In this document: piece by piece, positions 12,257-25,987 of the stretch
How the letters are laid out: each line of letters starts with the position of its first letter
How positions within the stretch are numbered: position 1 is the stretch's first letter
Position numbers and translations under genes: made by a program
Assembly: GCA_964016885.1 (NCBI GenBank)
Contig: OZ024741.1
Span: 290,036,001 to 290,100,000, forward strand
DNA from: Eledone cirrhosa
Taxonomy: Eukaryota
Direction: 5' to 3'
Length of the DNA: 64,000 nucleotides
Notes under the pieces: generated by a model
Seen by the model: the letters and a program-made list of their open reading frames with translations, nothing else
Database searches by the model: none
What the model was told of the DNA's origin: nothing

Positions 12257-13016
12257 TATAGAGGTGTGTTACCTGTATGTATTCTAACGAGATAAGTGAG
12301 GGGGAACATTTAAGATAGACTCTTTTGGATTTAATACTAGATATTTTCGCAAACTCAGAAAGAAACGGTATTGTTTCTAAGAATTCTACAGAACTATGCT
12401 TTTATACATTTATATAATGAGTGCTTTCAGACATTAGACTGCAGCCATTCTGGAGCACTGCCTTCAAATATTTTAGTTTATCATATAGACTCCGGTACTT
12501 ATATGTAAATTGCCTACTTTTATGCATCATAACCATCATCAGTATCATTAATATCATCGTTATCATGGTTATTGTCATTGCCACTGTTGTCACCTTGTCC
12601 AATTAGTGCCATCAAATGTTATGGCAACGATGTTTAGGAATCCCCACAAGAGGACGGAAAACACCAAACCATTATATTTTGTGATTATATTACTAACATA
12701 AATGTATGGAATATATGTTATGGAGAGATTCTACGCACACACACTCTCTCTCCCTCTCTGCTTTATATATATTTATAAAATTTATATATATATATATAAA
12801 ATTAAAAAAACGGAATTAAAGACTCACTTTTATCCCATATAACTTAATGAGCTCAAATTAGCATACAGATAGAAGTATACATAGAGATATGTGTTCAATC
12901 ATAGGGGATCAAAAACCACCAGAGTGACGAACATATTAACTACGAAAGGAATGGTGAATACAAATCAATTAAAAGAATATATTAAAGTGTACTAACCATT
13001 CAATTATAAATATAAC

Positions 13017-13099
13017 TGTTTCTACTTTAGGCACAAGGCCAGCAATAACCCAGTGCATTACTGGTACTTTATTTTATCGACCCCGTAAGGAAAGCAAAG
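13017..13099 (-). mobile_element. 5'-truncated SINE A with 17-bp target-site duplication
   Basis: TCAATTATAAATATAAC at 13000-13016 and 13100-13116 flanks the SINE 3' part. Confidence 0.88.
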
Positions 13100-13202
13100 T
13101 CAATTATAAATATAACATGCTCAAATTAGAGTATGTTTCGCTATAAAAAGTGAAGAATACATATTGTAGATATAGCTCATCGGCGGGTGTATATAGTGAA
13201 AT

Positions 13203-13430
13203 CGCGTGGTTTAGTGGTGAAGGTGTTCGTAAGATTTATTCTCGGCGGCGTGTTGTGTCTCTAAACATGACCCTTCACTTCACGTACCTCCAGTCCTCTC
13301 AGTTATAAAAAAAAGTATAATACCTGTAATTCAAACTCCCAGCATTGTCACTTGTCACCACAGGCTGAATCTCCCTGAGAATTATATTATGGGTGCAAGT
13401 GTCCGTGGAACGCTCAGCCCGTTGATTTCA
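13203..13430 (+). mobile_element. Diverged tRNA-derived SINE (B-type head, different tail)
   Basis: gcgtggtttagtgg A box. The tail ctgaatctccctgaga...gtgtccgtggaacgctcagcc is related to minus-strand fragments at ~35705-35790 and ~43880-44075. Confidence 0.6.
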
Positions 13431-13725
13431 TGAACAGGCTGTATAAAAGAGGATATGTGAGATATACGGGGTAAGGAGATGTAGGGCGTCAATGTAAGCC
13501 TATCAATATGTTGTGATGTATATACTATTATAGTAAAGAGGCCATATATGTGAGCTGAATATTGTTTTGTATTAATGTAGGTTGGTCGAAGATCTTCCGC
13601 GGGACACACTCTACTTCCCCAGCGGACTAGCAATTTCCGGCTTCCAAACCAACATACTAAATCTCTTCACTGTCTTCCTTATCTGTTTCATCCTTTCTTC
13701 ACCACGTTTTTTTCTCCTTCTCCAC

Positions 13726-13834
<109 letters not shown>

Positions 13835-14117
13835 CCCCACCCGATTTTCTATATGCCTTTCATACACTCTATTGCCTACCTAGTTTATATATCTATCTCT
13901 TTATCTAAACACACATACACATATAAACACATAAGTGCTTGCAATTCACACAACTATACAGACACGCACATACATGCACACACACACACACACACATATA
14001 TATACATATATACCGATGGCCTATACAGTTAAACATGCACATACACACAGTCTTACTATATAAATTTATGTATCTCTCTCTTTGCCTACCTATCTATGTT
14101 TATCTATCTATCTCTCA

Positions 14118-14163
<46 letters not shown>

Positions 14164-14172
14164 GTTTCTCTC

Positions 14173-14233
<61 letters not shown>

Positions 14234-14718
14234 GTCTATCTATCTGTCTATTCATATGTATGTATTTGTTTCGTTGATGTTATTACACCAATTGCTGCAA
14301 CTTTTCTCTCTCCCTCTCTAAACGTTTAACATTTTCTTTTATTTCTCCAGCTTTTTCTTTCCTGCTATTTCTACAATTACTCCTCCCATGCAGTCACTCT
14401 TATTCACCCATTCTCTACAATGTTCTTGATGTCTTCCGGTATAGTGAAAGCGCCTGGACTCTGGTTATAAAGTTAGATTTACGATCATAATATTGTAGGT
14501 TCGATTCTTGGAGCGGATGGTACGTTTCTGAAGTTATAATTGAAGGTTACGAGTAGAATGTCTTTGATCATAGTGAAATTGCTGCTAAATAAAAGATTAT
14601 TGTTTTTCTAGTGCCATATGGCCGTGTGGTTCAATCGTTTCTGGCAAGGATAGACCAGTCAGTATCATACATACTTACATAAATGCATACATACATACAT
14701 ATATAAATAATACATACA

Positions 14719-14778
<60 letters not shown>

Positions 14779-14829
14779 TACATACACGCATGCATGCATA
14801 GATAGATAGATATATAGATAGATAGATAC

Positions 14830-17800
14830 ATTTCCTTATTAGCCACCAGGGCACAAAAGAAGGGGACAAATACAAATGGGGAGTTTACATACAGGTATAT
14901 GAAAATAAAACTATTAATAAAACAACAAATAACAATTGAAATCCCCAATAGTGGGGAGGCGTTACACACCCCGATAAAAATGTACAACCCTCATCTCCAG
15001 GAGCACCAAGAGTGAGTACTCCCCTCCTCTCTTCGTTTTCCTCAACCTACAGGCTTATATAGAGAGAAGGCCCAACCGCTCGGGCCATCTTTGCCACATT
15101 CATCCATCTTTCATAAAACTTGCTGGAGTACAGCACCTCTCTCTCCATCCTGATTCTACTTCCAAAATGATATTTGAAAAAACGAATCAGTTGTTCGCCG
15201 GAGAGAAAGGTTTCTGACCTCAGCCCTTTTAACCTCGTCCACCATATAACCTCTTTCACCATAGCCATAACACATAGGAAAACCGCCTCTCCTTCGTTTT
15301 TGAAGGAGGGTGGCGGTTTGATCATGACAATGGACTCGGTGGTCAACTGGATTCGTCCCACCCTCGACAATAGTTGTTCTACATAGCCCCACAGGTCGGT
15401 AACGCCCGGGAAGTGTACAAATGCGTGCGCAACAGTTTCCTCGGACAGATCTTTTTCGAAGTGTCCCTGCCCGGGCGCCCGTGTCTGTAGAACTTGTCTC
15501 GAACTGGTAGAGCTCCTCGGTAGCACTGCCAGGCCAGGGACTTTTGGAAGTTGTCCATCGGTCCCGGGCGGAAGGTCCTACCGAACAGACTGGCCAGTTC
15601 GTCCTCTTCTACGCCCAGAGTTTCACCGAGCGCGTCTTCGCACATGCTGCGGACCAACCCTCTATAGAATGACGAAGTGGAGTCTCCACTGATCGCCGGG
15701 TCCGTTTGCCAGAGGACTGTGAGTGCCTGAGCACATTCGATGTGCCAGTCGCCCATTTTCCTCGGTCTTTGCTTGACCCAGGACTGCAGCTCGGTCAGTG
15801 AGACGAATCGTGGGAAGGCTCGCCTCACGAATGGGGCTCACACCGGTTGTCCGGTGAGGAATACGTGGAGGTGTCGCAGCCTGAGCGCGTGTTTGCGCAT
15901 CGTCAGACACGGCATCCCCAGCCCTCCGTTTGAGGGGTGTTGGCAGCAGATGGATCTTCTCACCAAAGGAGCCCGTTTCTTCCAAAGGAATTGGAAGAGC
16001 GCGCGCTCCATTTTGGTGAGCGTTTTGGCTGGACAAGGCACGACGGTCAAGCAGTAGTAGATGACGGACGCTATAAAAGTGTTCGCCACCTCCGCTCGAC
16101 CTTTCAAGGATAGTTTGCACTCGGCCCACTTCTGGGTGAGCGCAAACACCTTGGCCGTCACCTCGTTCCAGTTCTTCTCCACCTGGAGGTCCGAACCAAA
16201 TCAGACCCCGAGCAGCTTTACCGGTCCTTCCGTCCAGTGTCCGACGACGCCATCGGAAGGCATCGGTTTGCCTCTCCACGTTCCGAGCTGCAAACCTTTC
16301 AGCTTCGCTCCTGTGAACCTTTCGTATTCCTTCAGTAAGGTGCCAACCTCTCCGATGTGCGAGGTGCTAGACACCATTACTGTCATGTCGTCGGCGTAGG
16401 CCGACGCTGCTTTTCGCAGTCCTGGTTCCAAAGGGATACCCCGCAATAGCTCCAGCTTCCGCAGTAGTGGCTCGAGAATCAGTACATACAGAAGGGAGGA
16501 GAGAGGGCATCCCTGTCGGATGGATCGCGTGATATGGAACGGCGCCGAGAAGTAGCCGTTCACCTTGACCCTTGAGGAGATGTTGCTGCTGTGCATTGCA
16601 GCAATCCAGCCCCTGAACACGGGTCCGAAGCCTGCCGCTTCGAGCACCGCATCCAGGTAACGATGGTCAACCCCATCGAAAGCCTTAGACTGATCCAAGT
16701 TGATCAGGGCCCCACCGAATCCGGGTTTACACCCTACCCTCTCTATGATGAATCGCATGAGGTGGAGGCTGTCGTGTATGGACCTGGTCGGGATTGCGCA
16801 TGTCTGCGCTTCTCCCACCAGGATTTCGACGACAAGCGCCAGCCTCTTTACCAACACCTTGACCAAAATCTGTAACTCTGTGTCTAGCAGAGTTATGGGC
16901 CGGAAGTTGCCTATGTCACCCCCCTTATTCTCGTCCTTCCTGACTAACGTGACTTCGCCCTTGGTCACATAACTGGCAATTCTCCCGTTCTGTTGCCAGT
17001 TGCAGTAGACCGCTTCCAGGAGACCGGAGAACAAGTCCGGCATTGCTACGTAAAATGTGTAGGGTAGACCATCGAGACCTGGAGATTTGCGTTTGCCGCA
17101 TTGGCCCAGCGCGTCCCCTATCTCAGCGGCTGAGAGTCGCGGCAGGCCGTCGAGGTATGGACCGAAACCCATAGCCCCCCCCCCCCCCGACGCGCCGCCC
17201 TACCCGAGCAGTTGAGCAAAGTGCCGCTCAAAGGCCGCGCACATCTGCTTCGGCTTACGTACAACACGTCCGTCTTGGTCCTTCAAAGACCGAATCGTGA
17301 AATTGTTGCCACTTTTCGCCTCCGTCACTCGGGCCCAGCTAACAGCTTTGGCACCCTCGTTTCCCAGAGCACGTATTTTGCTCCTGACAACCCAGCCTTC
17401 GTGATTTGCGTCGAAGAACTGATCCAAGGCCGTTCTCGTCGGTAGCAGGCTGGCTACGTTGCCACTCCTAAGTGCCTCTTCTACTTTATCTATCAGTTCC
17501 TTTTCGGTCTTATTTCTATCTAACACTAATTCTTTACTAAAACCTATCGAGTCTAATCTATCTGCCCCCTTGAGAGAGTACCACCATCTGTTGTTGACAA
17601 TGGCCCCCGTCAAGTACTGCTTAACTAAAGTGCTAATCCGTCTACTGTAGGCTTTGCATGTCGGTAACGACAAGTTCAGCTTCCAGTAGCCGGGTCCCTG
17701 TGTATGGGTTCTATCAAGGTTGATTATGCAGGTCACTAGTTTGTGATCTGAATAGGCAACCAGGAACCTTTGTGGACAGCTTAATATGTCCCTATCACTA

Positions 17801-18363
17801 ACTCTAACTAGAAACCTATCTAGGTACGATCTAGATGTCCCGCTATGGTTGGACCACGTCCACAGTTCCACAGTCGGAGAATCTAGTCGATATCTATCGG
17901 CCAGTTGAAATCGGCCGATTAAGTGTTTGAGGCTGTTACACCTCCTTCTATCAGGACATTCTCCCACATAGTCCCAACGTGCATCTAGGATTCCCCCACT
18001 AACAGCAAGAAGCGCGACGTTCCCAGAAAAGTCTCTAGACGTTTGAAGAAGTCTGGCCGCGGTGTCCCGGATGGGGCATATGCGGCCACCAAACTGAAGG
18101 CTCAACCTTCACTACCGTCAATATCTAGGACCACCAGTCGACCCTCCGGGTCCAGATGCACCGTCTGTGTTACGAGGTCCAGGTGTTTCCGCAGCAAAAC
18201 GGAAACCCCGCCCCCACCTCCCGGCTGACAGAGAGATGCGTAGATCTCAAAGTCGTCGAAGATCGGGGACAGTTGTCGCTCGCTGTGGATCCTGGACTCG
18301 CAAATGGCTACTACATCCACACTGTTCGACCTGAGGTCGTTTAAGAGTTTGCCATGTTTCCAG
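14830..18363 (-). mobile_element. Tx1/L1-clade non-LTR retrotransposon, 5'-truncated, ORF2 broken by frameshifts
   Basis: APE endonuclease (DVVAICES, SYLDRFL, SDHKLV, GPGYWKLN), RT (KSPGLDGLP, NFRPITLL, LDQSKAFD, RQGCPLS, AYADD, KLLGV), C-terminal region to 15047, then 3' UTR ending next to (TATC)n. Confidence 0.93.
15047..18320 (-). pseudogene. APE-RT ORF2 pseudogene of the Tx1-like LINE
   Basis: Collinear ORF pieces 18102-18320, 17200-18105, 16201-17172, 15838-16182, 15379-15828 and 15047-15526. Confidence 0.92.
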
Positions 18364-18414
18364 GCTCTGTTTCTATATACTCTTCACGAATGCAGGAGTA
18401 TATAGAAACAGAGC
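18364..18414. repeat. Hairpin with 19-bp arms at the LINE 5' truncation point
   Basis: GCTCTGTTTCTATATACTC ... GAGTATATAGAAACAGAGC. Confidence 0.85.
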
Positions 18415-18452
18415 ATGCCCTGAAGCTACGAACATTATTGAAAGATGTGTTC

Positions 18453-18803
<351 letters not shown>

Positions 18804-18826
18804 CACACATCTCCATACACACACAC

Positions 18827-18896
<70 letters not shown>

Positions 18897-18951
18897 CCAT
18901 ACACACACATATATATATATATATTTATTTATGCACACGTCCGCGCGCGCG

Positions 18952-18999
<48 letters not shown>

Positions 19000-19325
19000 C
19001 CATACACACACATGTATATGTTTAGGTGTTTGTAAACACAGTGCTTGACTAACGAGCATTTGTCCGCTTGATGGAGCGGAAAGTTTGACCAGCGGTCAAA
19101 TTTCTTGCACTCGGCTCCTTAAACTAGTTTATTTTGTGATGATGCCCAGATCTAGATGCTTAGGACATGTGTAATATGCTGCTAATGTTGTAATACCGAT
19201 TGACGATAGTGGTTTAGATGGTGATGTTGCTGTTGGTGTCTGGCTGTGTCTGCGTCTCTGAGTATATACGTGTGTATATAGATGTCACTTTCTCTAGATA
19301 TCTGTTAATATATATATATGTGCCG

Positions 19326-19398
<73 letters not shown>

Positions 19399-19401
19399 TC
19401 G

Positions 19402-19497
<96 letters not shown>

Positions 19498-19848
19498 CGA
19501 TATATATATATATATATATTACATTTCAATCTACGTTTATATGGGGATATATTTGCAATACATCACAAGCAATAACTTCTTGCACTTTAATTTGTGTGTA
19601 ACTAATCTGTGTGCGCATGTGAGAAGCTACCTCTGTGTATGTGTGTGTACGTGTGTGTCTGTTCTTGATTTTAATTAGTCCCAGCGAAGTTGGATAGGGT
19701 CCAAATTGATGTTAGTGGCGTGAATTCCTAAGAAGCTTTGCTTTGCCTCGTAAAATTATTATTTATTTAATTATCAGTTCTTGTTTTTCTTTTTCTCCAG
19801 TGGAGATGTTTTCTCATAGATCTACTATCACGTGTATTCTATCTGACA

Positions 19849-20148
19849 TCTATACATATAAAACTGAGGATGTCTGTCTGTGTGTACGTGAGTTTGAATC
19901 CCTAAAACTCGAGAACCACCCAACCGACTGTTTTCAAACTTTACACATGTAATACTTGTTTCACGGAGTGTTCTGAGAAAAACAAATTTCAAATTTTCAA
20001 TGCCCTACGGACAGCATTAGGCAATTTAGCGATCTCTCTCTATAATTCTTAGTCTTTCTCTTTTTAGATAGATACATACATATAAAGTCGCGCCCCTATA
20101 ATATCTCTCTCTATGTCTGGCTGTCTGCATTACGTCACTTCCCTGAGG

Positions 20149-20197
<49 letters not shown>

Positions 20198-20789
20198 TTT
20201 GAATCCCTAAAACTCGAGAAGTACCCAACCGACTTTTCTCAAACTTTACATGTGTATTACTTATATTTCAGTGAGTGTCATGCACATAAGAAAATTCAAC
20301 TTTTTGATCCCCTAGAGCCCGCATTAGGTGAAAAACTGCGTTTTTTCAGGTTTTTAGGGGTTTTTTGAGTCGTTACGTCAGACTGATTTCCTTGAAATTG
20401 CAACTACGTATTAGTCAGTCTCTTCTTCATACCGTGAGCAAAGAAAACCCAACTTTTTTATGGCCCAGGGCCCGCATTAGGTGAAACACTTTTTTTCAGC
20501 TTTTAGGGCTTTTTTGAGGCGTTACGTCCAGCCCATTTTCCTGAAATTTCAAGGCATATTATGCACATAAAAAAAATTCATTTTCTTGATCCCCTAGTGC
20601 CCGAATTAGGTGAAAACCTGCATTTTTCCTACTTCATCGAGGAAAATCTTAAAGATCATCCAGCCATCAGAGTATTCGGTTTATTTTCTTTACATATTGT
20701 CCAGGCATGCAGTTTTTCCACGATTAGGACTGTTGGTGGTCCGCCTTCCAAAATACCTTATCCCGTGCAACGCCGGGTACCACTGCTAG
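19849..20789 (+). mobile_element. Non-autonomous Helitron with internal duplications
   Basis: 5' A|TCTATACATATAAAA; 3' hairpin CCCGtgcaacgcCGGG followed by CTAG|T; 5' block duplicated near 20144-20255; three copies of a gcattagg(tgaaa) motif. Confidence 0.8.
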
Positions 20790-20939
20790 TTCATTATATA
20801 ATAGATTATATTTTCTAACATTTATTTCATAATTTCAAGGATAGTAGGATGTGATTTTAAAGCTCTTTGTTAATGGAACTCATTAACCGACAAAGAATCA
20901 TTCTCTAAACTATCGCCGTAACCTTGCCCAGCATATTAT

Positions 20940-21125
20940 GGATTGGCAGTATCGGTGGAGCGTCAGACTCCATGCTTTGCAGCATTGAGTTCTGTACCTT
21001 TACGTTCTGAGTTCAAATCCCGCCGAGGTTAACTGTACCTTTCATCCTTACGGGGTCGATAAAATAAAGTACTAGTAATGCACTGAGATAATTGCTGGCC
21101 TTGTGTGCAAAAGTAGAAACAATTA
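20940..21125 (+). mobile_element. SINE family A copy
   Basis: Matches consensus from ggattggcagtatcgg to gtagaaacaatt. Confidence 0.9.
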
Positions 21126-21551
21126 TTTATTTCGCCATAAACTCCAGAGAAATGAACGCCATTTGCCTTTCCTTGCCAATTTTCAAATATCAACTGGATT
21201 CATCATAACTCGATAACAGCTATTTTCATCACAACTATACATTTTGAAACTGGTTTTAAAAGCTTTTCAAGGTTGGTGGTGCAGCATAGTTTCGAGGATC
21301 CACCTACCATAAAGGAGATCTTTTAATTCTTTGAGGCTTTTATCTGTCTATTTTCTTCTTCTTCTCTTCTTCTTCTTCTTCTTCTTCTTCTTCTTCTTCT
21401 TCTTCTTCTCCTCCTCCTCCTCCTCCTCCTCCTCCTCCTCCTTCTTCTTCTTCTTCTTCTTCTTCTTCTTCTTCTTCTTCTTCTTCTTCTTCTTCTTCTT
21501 CTTCTTCTTCTTCTTCTTCTTCTTCTTCTTTATTATATATAAGAAACAGAG

Positions 21552-21742
21552 TGAAGGATTGTCAGAATCGTTAGCATGTCTTCCGGCTCTTCCTGTTCTG
21601 AATTAAAATCACACAGAGGTCAACTTTGCTTTTCATCCTTCCGGGGTCGATAAAATAACGGACCAGTTAATTACTGGGGTTGATTTAATCAACTTTGCAC
21701 TTCCCCAAATTATCTGGCTTTGTGCCTAAATCAAACACCATT
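21552..21742 (+). mobile_element. SINE family A copy (diverged)
   Basis: gtcaactttgcttttcatccttccggggtcgataaaata. Confidence 0.8.
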
Positions 21743-21912
21743 ATATATAAAGGGTACGGGATAACTTTCATAATCCGCCTTGGCTTGCCAGCTTTACACG
21801 ATTAAATTAAATTAACTGCTTATCAGAGACGCTGTAACAATTGATAAGTGTGTAAAATACTGTTTGGTCACTCGACGTCAATTTTAAACATGACAAACTG
21901 AAGACAAACTTA

Positions 21913-22122
21913 CAAGTCTGGGCTGAAAATTTCATGGGCTATGAAAGAGTGATACTCGTGCTGTGACATCTTACATGCAATAATTAAAACACTTCTTATT
22001 AATAAATGCGTAGTTTCTTGCCAGGAAGAATGTTGAAAAATATACCTCAGTTGGTCATTCCATCAAGGTATCTTGGTCAGCCTATGAACGTTTCAACTTA
22101 TGAAAATTTTAGCCGACCCTTG
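21913..22122. mobile_element. Tc1/mariner-type MITE
   Basis: TA|CAAGTCTGGGCTGAAAATTTCAT ... ATGAAAATTTTAGCCGACCCTTG|TA: imperfect TIRs and TA TSD. Confidence 0.7.
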
Positions 22123-22992
22123 TATGCCTATTGTATTAACCACGAAACAGCCAAATATCCTAAGGGTCCCATTAGTTGCAATAGTGTTTCCATTTGATAT
22201 ATAGAGAAAAGATAAAGTAAGGAAATATTTATGGGAAAGAAACGGAATGGGATTGCAAAGCTATATCTAATGTCTAAAATAAATACACTACGAGTAAATA
22301 GCCAATGAGTTTGAAGAGATAGGATTTAAAACCGTGAAATATATGAATGTACACAATCATATATACTCATCTGTACACACAGAGACATTCATACACATTT
22401 TTATATGTATATATATATATGTGTGTGTGCATGTGTGTGTGTATGAGTGGTGTGTGTATGTGTGTGTGGGTGTGTGTGTACATTTATACATTTATGTATA
22501 TATATATATATAAATGTATGTATATATACATACATAAATATATAGATGTACACACACACACACACACACACACATATGTTTATATACATACACTCTGACC
22601 CTGATTACACGACGTGTCAATGTGTCATTTATATGATGTATGGATGTCGGGGAGCTCGGATGAAAGCGCACAACATCAGACAACAGGTGAAGTTCAGGAT
22701 ACAAACACCATTTTATAACGTTAGGCCGATGTCTGAATTATAAAAGAAACATAAAACACACACAGACACACACACACATATTTATATGTGTGTGTGTGTG
22801 TGTGTGTGTATGTTTGTGCGTGTGTGTATGTATGTGAGTGTGTATATACATATATACATACATATATATATATATATATACATACGCGCTTCACACCCAC
22901 CCACACATATAAAAGCATATGTATTTATATATGTATGTGTGCATGTATCTATATATATATATAAATGAATATATAAATATCTATTTATCTAT

Positions 22993-23049
<57 letters not shown>

Positions 23050-23070
23050 TTATGTATCTCTCTCTCTCTC

Positions 23071-23236
<166 letters not shown>

Positions 23237-23322
23237 GGAAAATTTGAACAGGAACAAAACAGAGAGGCAGTACAACGAATGTTTATTAATTTCACGCTCT
23301 TGAGAGTGGGGTGGTGGGGAAC

Positions 23323-23356
23323 GACGTTTCGGGCATAAGCCCTTCTTCAGGTGAAA
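23323..23356 (-). ncRNA. Hammerhead core of a decayed PLE pLTR-like insert
   Basis: Minus: TTTCAC-CTGAAGA-A GGGC ttat GCCC-GAAACGTC; stems I and III not cleanly closed. Confidence 0.5.
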
Positions 23357-23684
23357 AGTGTGTGGGAAGAGAGTTCAAAGGGTGTGTAGGGGAGTGGTGG
23401 AGAGACATATAGCGAAAAGGGGGTGGGAGGAAGCGGTGCGAATGAAATTAAAAATAAAAGCATGATCAAAATAAAATTAAAATGGGGTAAAACAGGTGGT
23501 GGAAGGGTGTGGGGCGTGTAGGGGTGGTGGCGGGTGGAGTGGGGAGAGGGAGACGGGGTGTCCATATATATATACATAAAATTGCAAATCTGAAGAACTA
23601 TTAGATAAAATATATACAGTATTTCCTCCCCTAGTCCGTATAAATTAACGACATAAAAAAATATTTTAAAATGTAATTATGAAG

Positions 23685-23810
<126 letters not shown>

Positions 23811-23844
23811 ATATACACGGGTGTGTATGATTGTGTATAGAAGA

Positions 23845-24103
23845 TTATATTAATAAAAGGAATTCCAACTTTGTCTGATTTACTCGTTTTATTTACAATC
23901 CTTTGAAAATTGAAAATTGCAAACTTGACTGTCACCACACAATATGAACCTGAAGATTGCGAAAGCATGAAAGTACTTGTTCAATTAACACTTAATATTT
24001 AATATTCTACCATACTATTTCATTCTAATACCATTATACATTTTAAAGGATTGTAAATAAAACGAGTAAATCAGACAAAGTTGGAATTCTTTTTATTAAT
24101 ATA
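23845..24103. mobile_element. Inverted-repeat insert (~55-bp arms) with a hammerhead in the spacer; PLE pLTR-like
   Basis: ttaataaaaggaattccaactttgtctgatttactcgttttatttacaatccttt and its reverse complement at 24045-24100. Confidence 0.75.
23945..23983 (+). ncRNA. Minimal type I hammerhead ribozyme
   Basis: TGAAC-CTGAAGA-T TGC gaaa GCA T-GAAA-G TA CT-T-GTTCA; palindromic AGTACT stem III. Confidence 0.85.
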
Positions 24104-24108
24104 TACAG

Positions 24109-24139
<31 letters not shown>

Positions 24140-24396
24140 CTAAAAGTTAAACAAGGTGCACTGATTAATCAATGAATATAGTTTTACAATAGATTAGAAG
24201 CACTCAACAAAAAAGTTTTCTGGAGTTATTAATATTAATTCATTTTTTCTACACCTTCTCCTACTCACCGTTCCATTATATTTAGTTTGTCATGTTAGTA
24301 CTTATGGTATATAAATAGTGAGTTTTGTTGTAACTAATCACTGCAAAGACTGGAATTGAACCATCAGCACAGTTGAGGAATGTCATATATCAATTT

Positions 24397-24468
24397 ATAT
24401 ATTTTATCTGATGAGGACGTACTGAGAAAACAACGCAGTACCTCCGAAATATATATAATAAAATGTAT
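24397..24468 (+). ncRNA. Type I hammerhead ribozyme in a (TA)n-flanked insert (24138-24510)
   Basis: ATATATTTTAT-CTGATGA-GGAcGTACTG...CAGTACcTCC-GAAA-TATATAT-A-ATAAAATGTAT. Confidence 0.85.
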
Positions 24469-24507
24469 TTTGATTACGTGAATGTCTATATTTATTAATA
24501 TTTTGAA

Positions 24508-24575
<68 letters not shown>

Positions 24576-24579
<4 letters not shown>

Positions 24580-24693
24580 AACAAGTAAGACCCCGACGGC
24601 TGAGCTCAAGCCGTTTCGACGGCTAATTCTGGACTCCAGAATTAGCCGTCGAAACAGCTTGAGCTCAGCCGTCGGGGTCTTACTTGTTCCTAT
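24576..24693. repeat. Near-perfect palindrome (~57-bp arms) made of the 3' half of a hammerhead
   Basis: taggaacaagtaagaccccgacggctgagctcaagccgtttcgacggctaattctgga-c-tccagaattagccgtcgaaacagcttgagctcagccgtcggggtcttacttgttccta; relatives at ~2936-2998 and 27755-27853. Confidence 0.9.
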
Positions 24694-24770
24694 TACCCAC
24701 TCTACTACCCTAAGTATTGAGTACTTTGGTGCGTTATGGTCCACCTGGTTCCTTACCACATTTCCTTCGT

Positions 24771-24802
<32 letters not shown>

Positions 24803-24897
24803 TATATTTGCAAAAGTTCAATTTAAATTGTTGGGATACAACAAGCAAATATTTTTATAACTGATATAAAGCACTCGACAAGTATTTGGAGTAAATA

Positions 24898-25238
24898 TAC
24901 GATATTAACAAATGGAAACTATATTTTTAAAACCATATCTATTTTATTATACATATTTCAAGGATACCATGTTAAATTATGGTATGCTTTCATTAGACAA
25001 AATACAATATATACCAGTTTTATGAATAAATATTGACATACCCTTTCAAAATGCAACCGTTACTTTTGGAAAGTAACGGTTGCATTTTGAGAGGGTATGT
25101 CAATATTTATTTATAAAACTGGTATATATTGTATTTTGTCTGATGAAAGCATACCATAATTTAACATGGTATCCTTGAAATATGTACAATAAAATAGATA
25201 TGGTTTTATAAATATAGTTTCCATTTGTTAATATCGTA
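24898..25238. mobile_element. Palindromic insert (169-bp arms, 3-nt spacer) with one hammerhead per arm
   Basis: Centre ...accgttacttt-tgg-aaagtaacggt...; arms differ by a few substitutions; HHRs at 24940-25004 (-) and 25132-25196 (+). Confidence 0.85.
25132..25196 (+). ncRNA. Hammerhead ribozyme (U16.1>C variant; the mirror copy has CTAATGA)
   Basis: TATTTTGT-CTGATGA-AAGcATACCAT aatttaac ATGGTATcCTT-GAAA-TATGTAC-A-ATAAAATA. Confidence 0.7.
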
Positions 25239-25987
25239 AATATATATATATATATATATGCGTCTTAATGTACATATATATATTTACAGACTAATGCACA
25301 TAGATATACAATACATACAGAAACATACATACAAACACATACATATACACTCATACACGCACACACGTATACAAATATTTTAGGCATAGAGAGAGAGGGC
25401 CTACGTATTTATGAGATAAATATAAATAATATGTGTACTTCTACTTGCCTGGTAAATGACCTGATATGAAACCTTTTTTTGAGATTAAACTATTTACATT
25501 AAGGAAGAGTTATTTAAGCCATTTAAAACATAAAAAAAAAACATCTATTAAATTCATTTTCATATTCATTCTTTGGTCCCAAAGTATTCTTCATAGACTT
25601 TGCAGCCTGGCTACTGATATATAATGTTAATAGATGGAAAAAAAACGTATTCTTTGCAATCACAAAATATCAGATTCGAATAAATTGTTTGCGAACTTCT
25701 GTATATTACGTTTTCCATAGTTCCATGTTGACAATTTTGTGAGTGAAATTTGTAAAAGGGAACTGTGAGGAAGCCCGTCATTTTCATTGTCATTTTCATT
25801 CTACCTCTAATTCAATGAAGCAACGTACCTTCTCACACATTGTATCAAGATAAATCTAACTGAAGATTAAACTATGGGTACACATGTCTGTGAAAAACTT
25901 TACTGTTTATATGGAAATAAAAGGGGCTTTATTTAAATTAGTTGATCAACTACTGAATGTTTAACGTTGAAACGGGTGGCTATAAAG

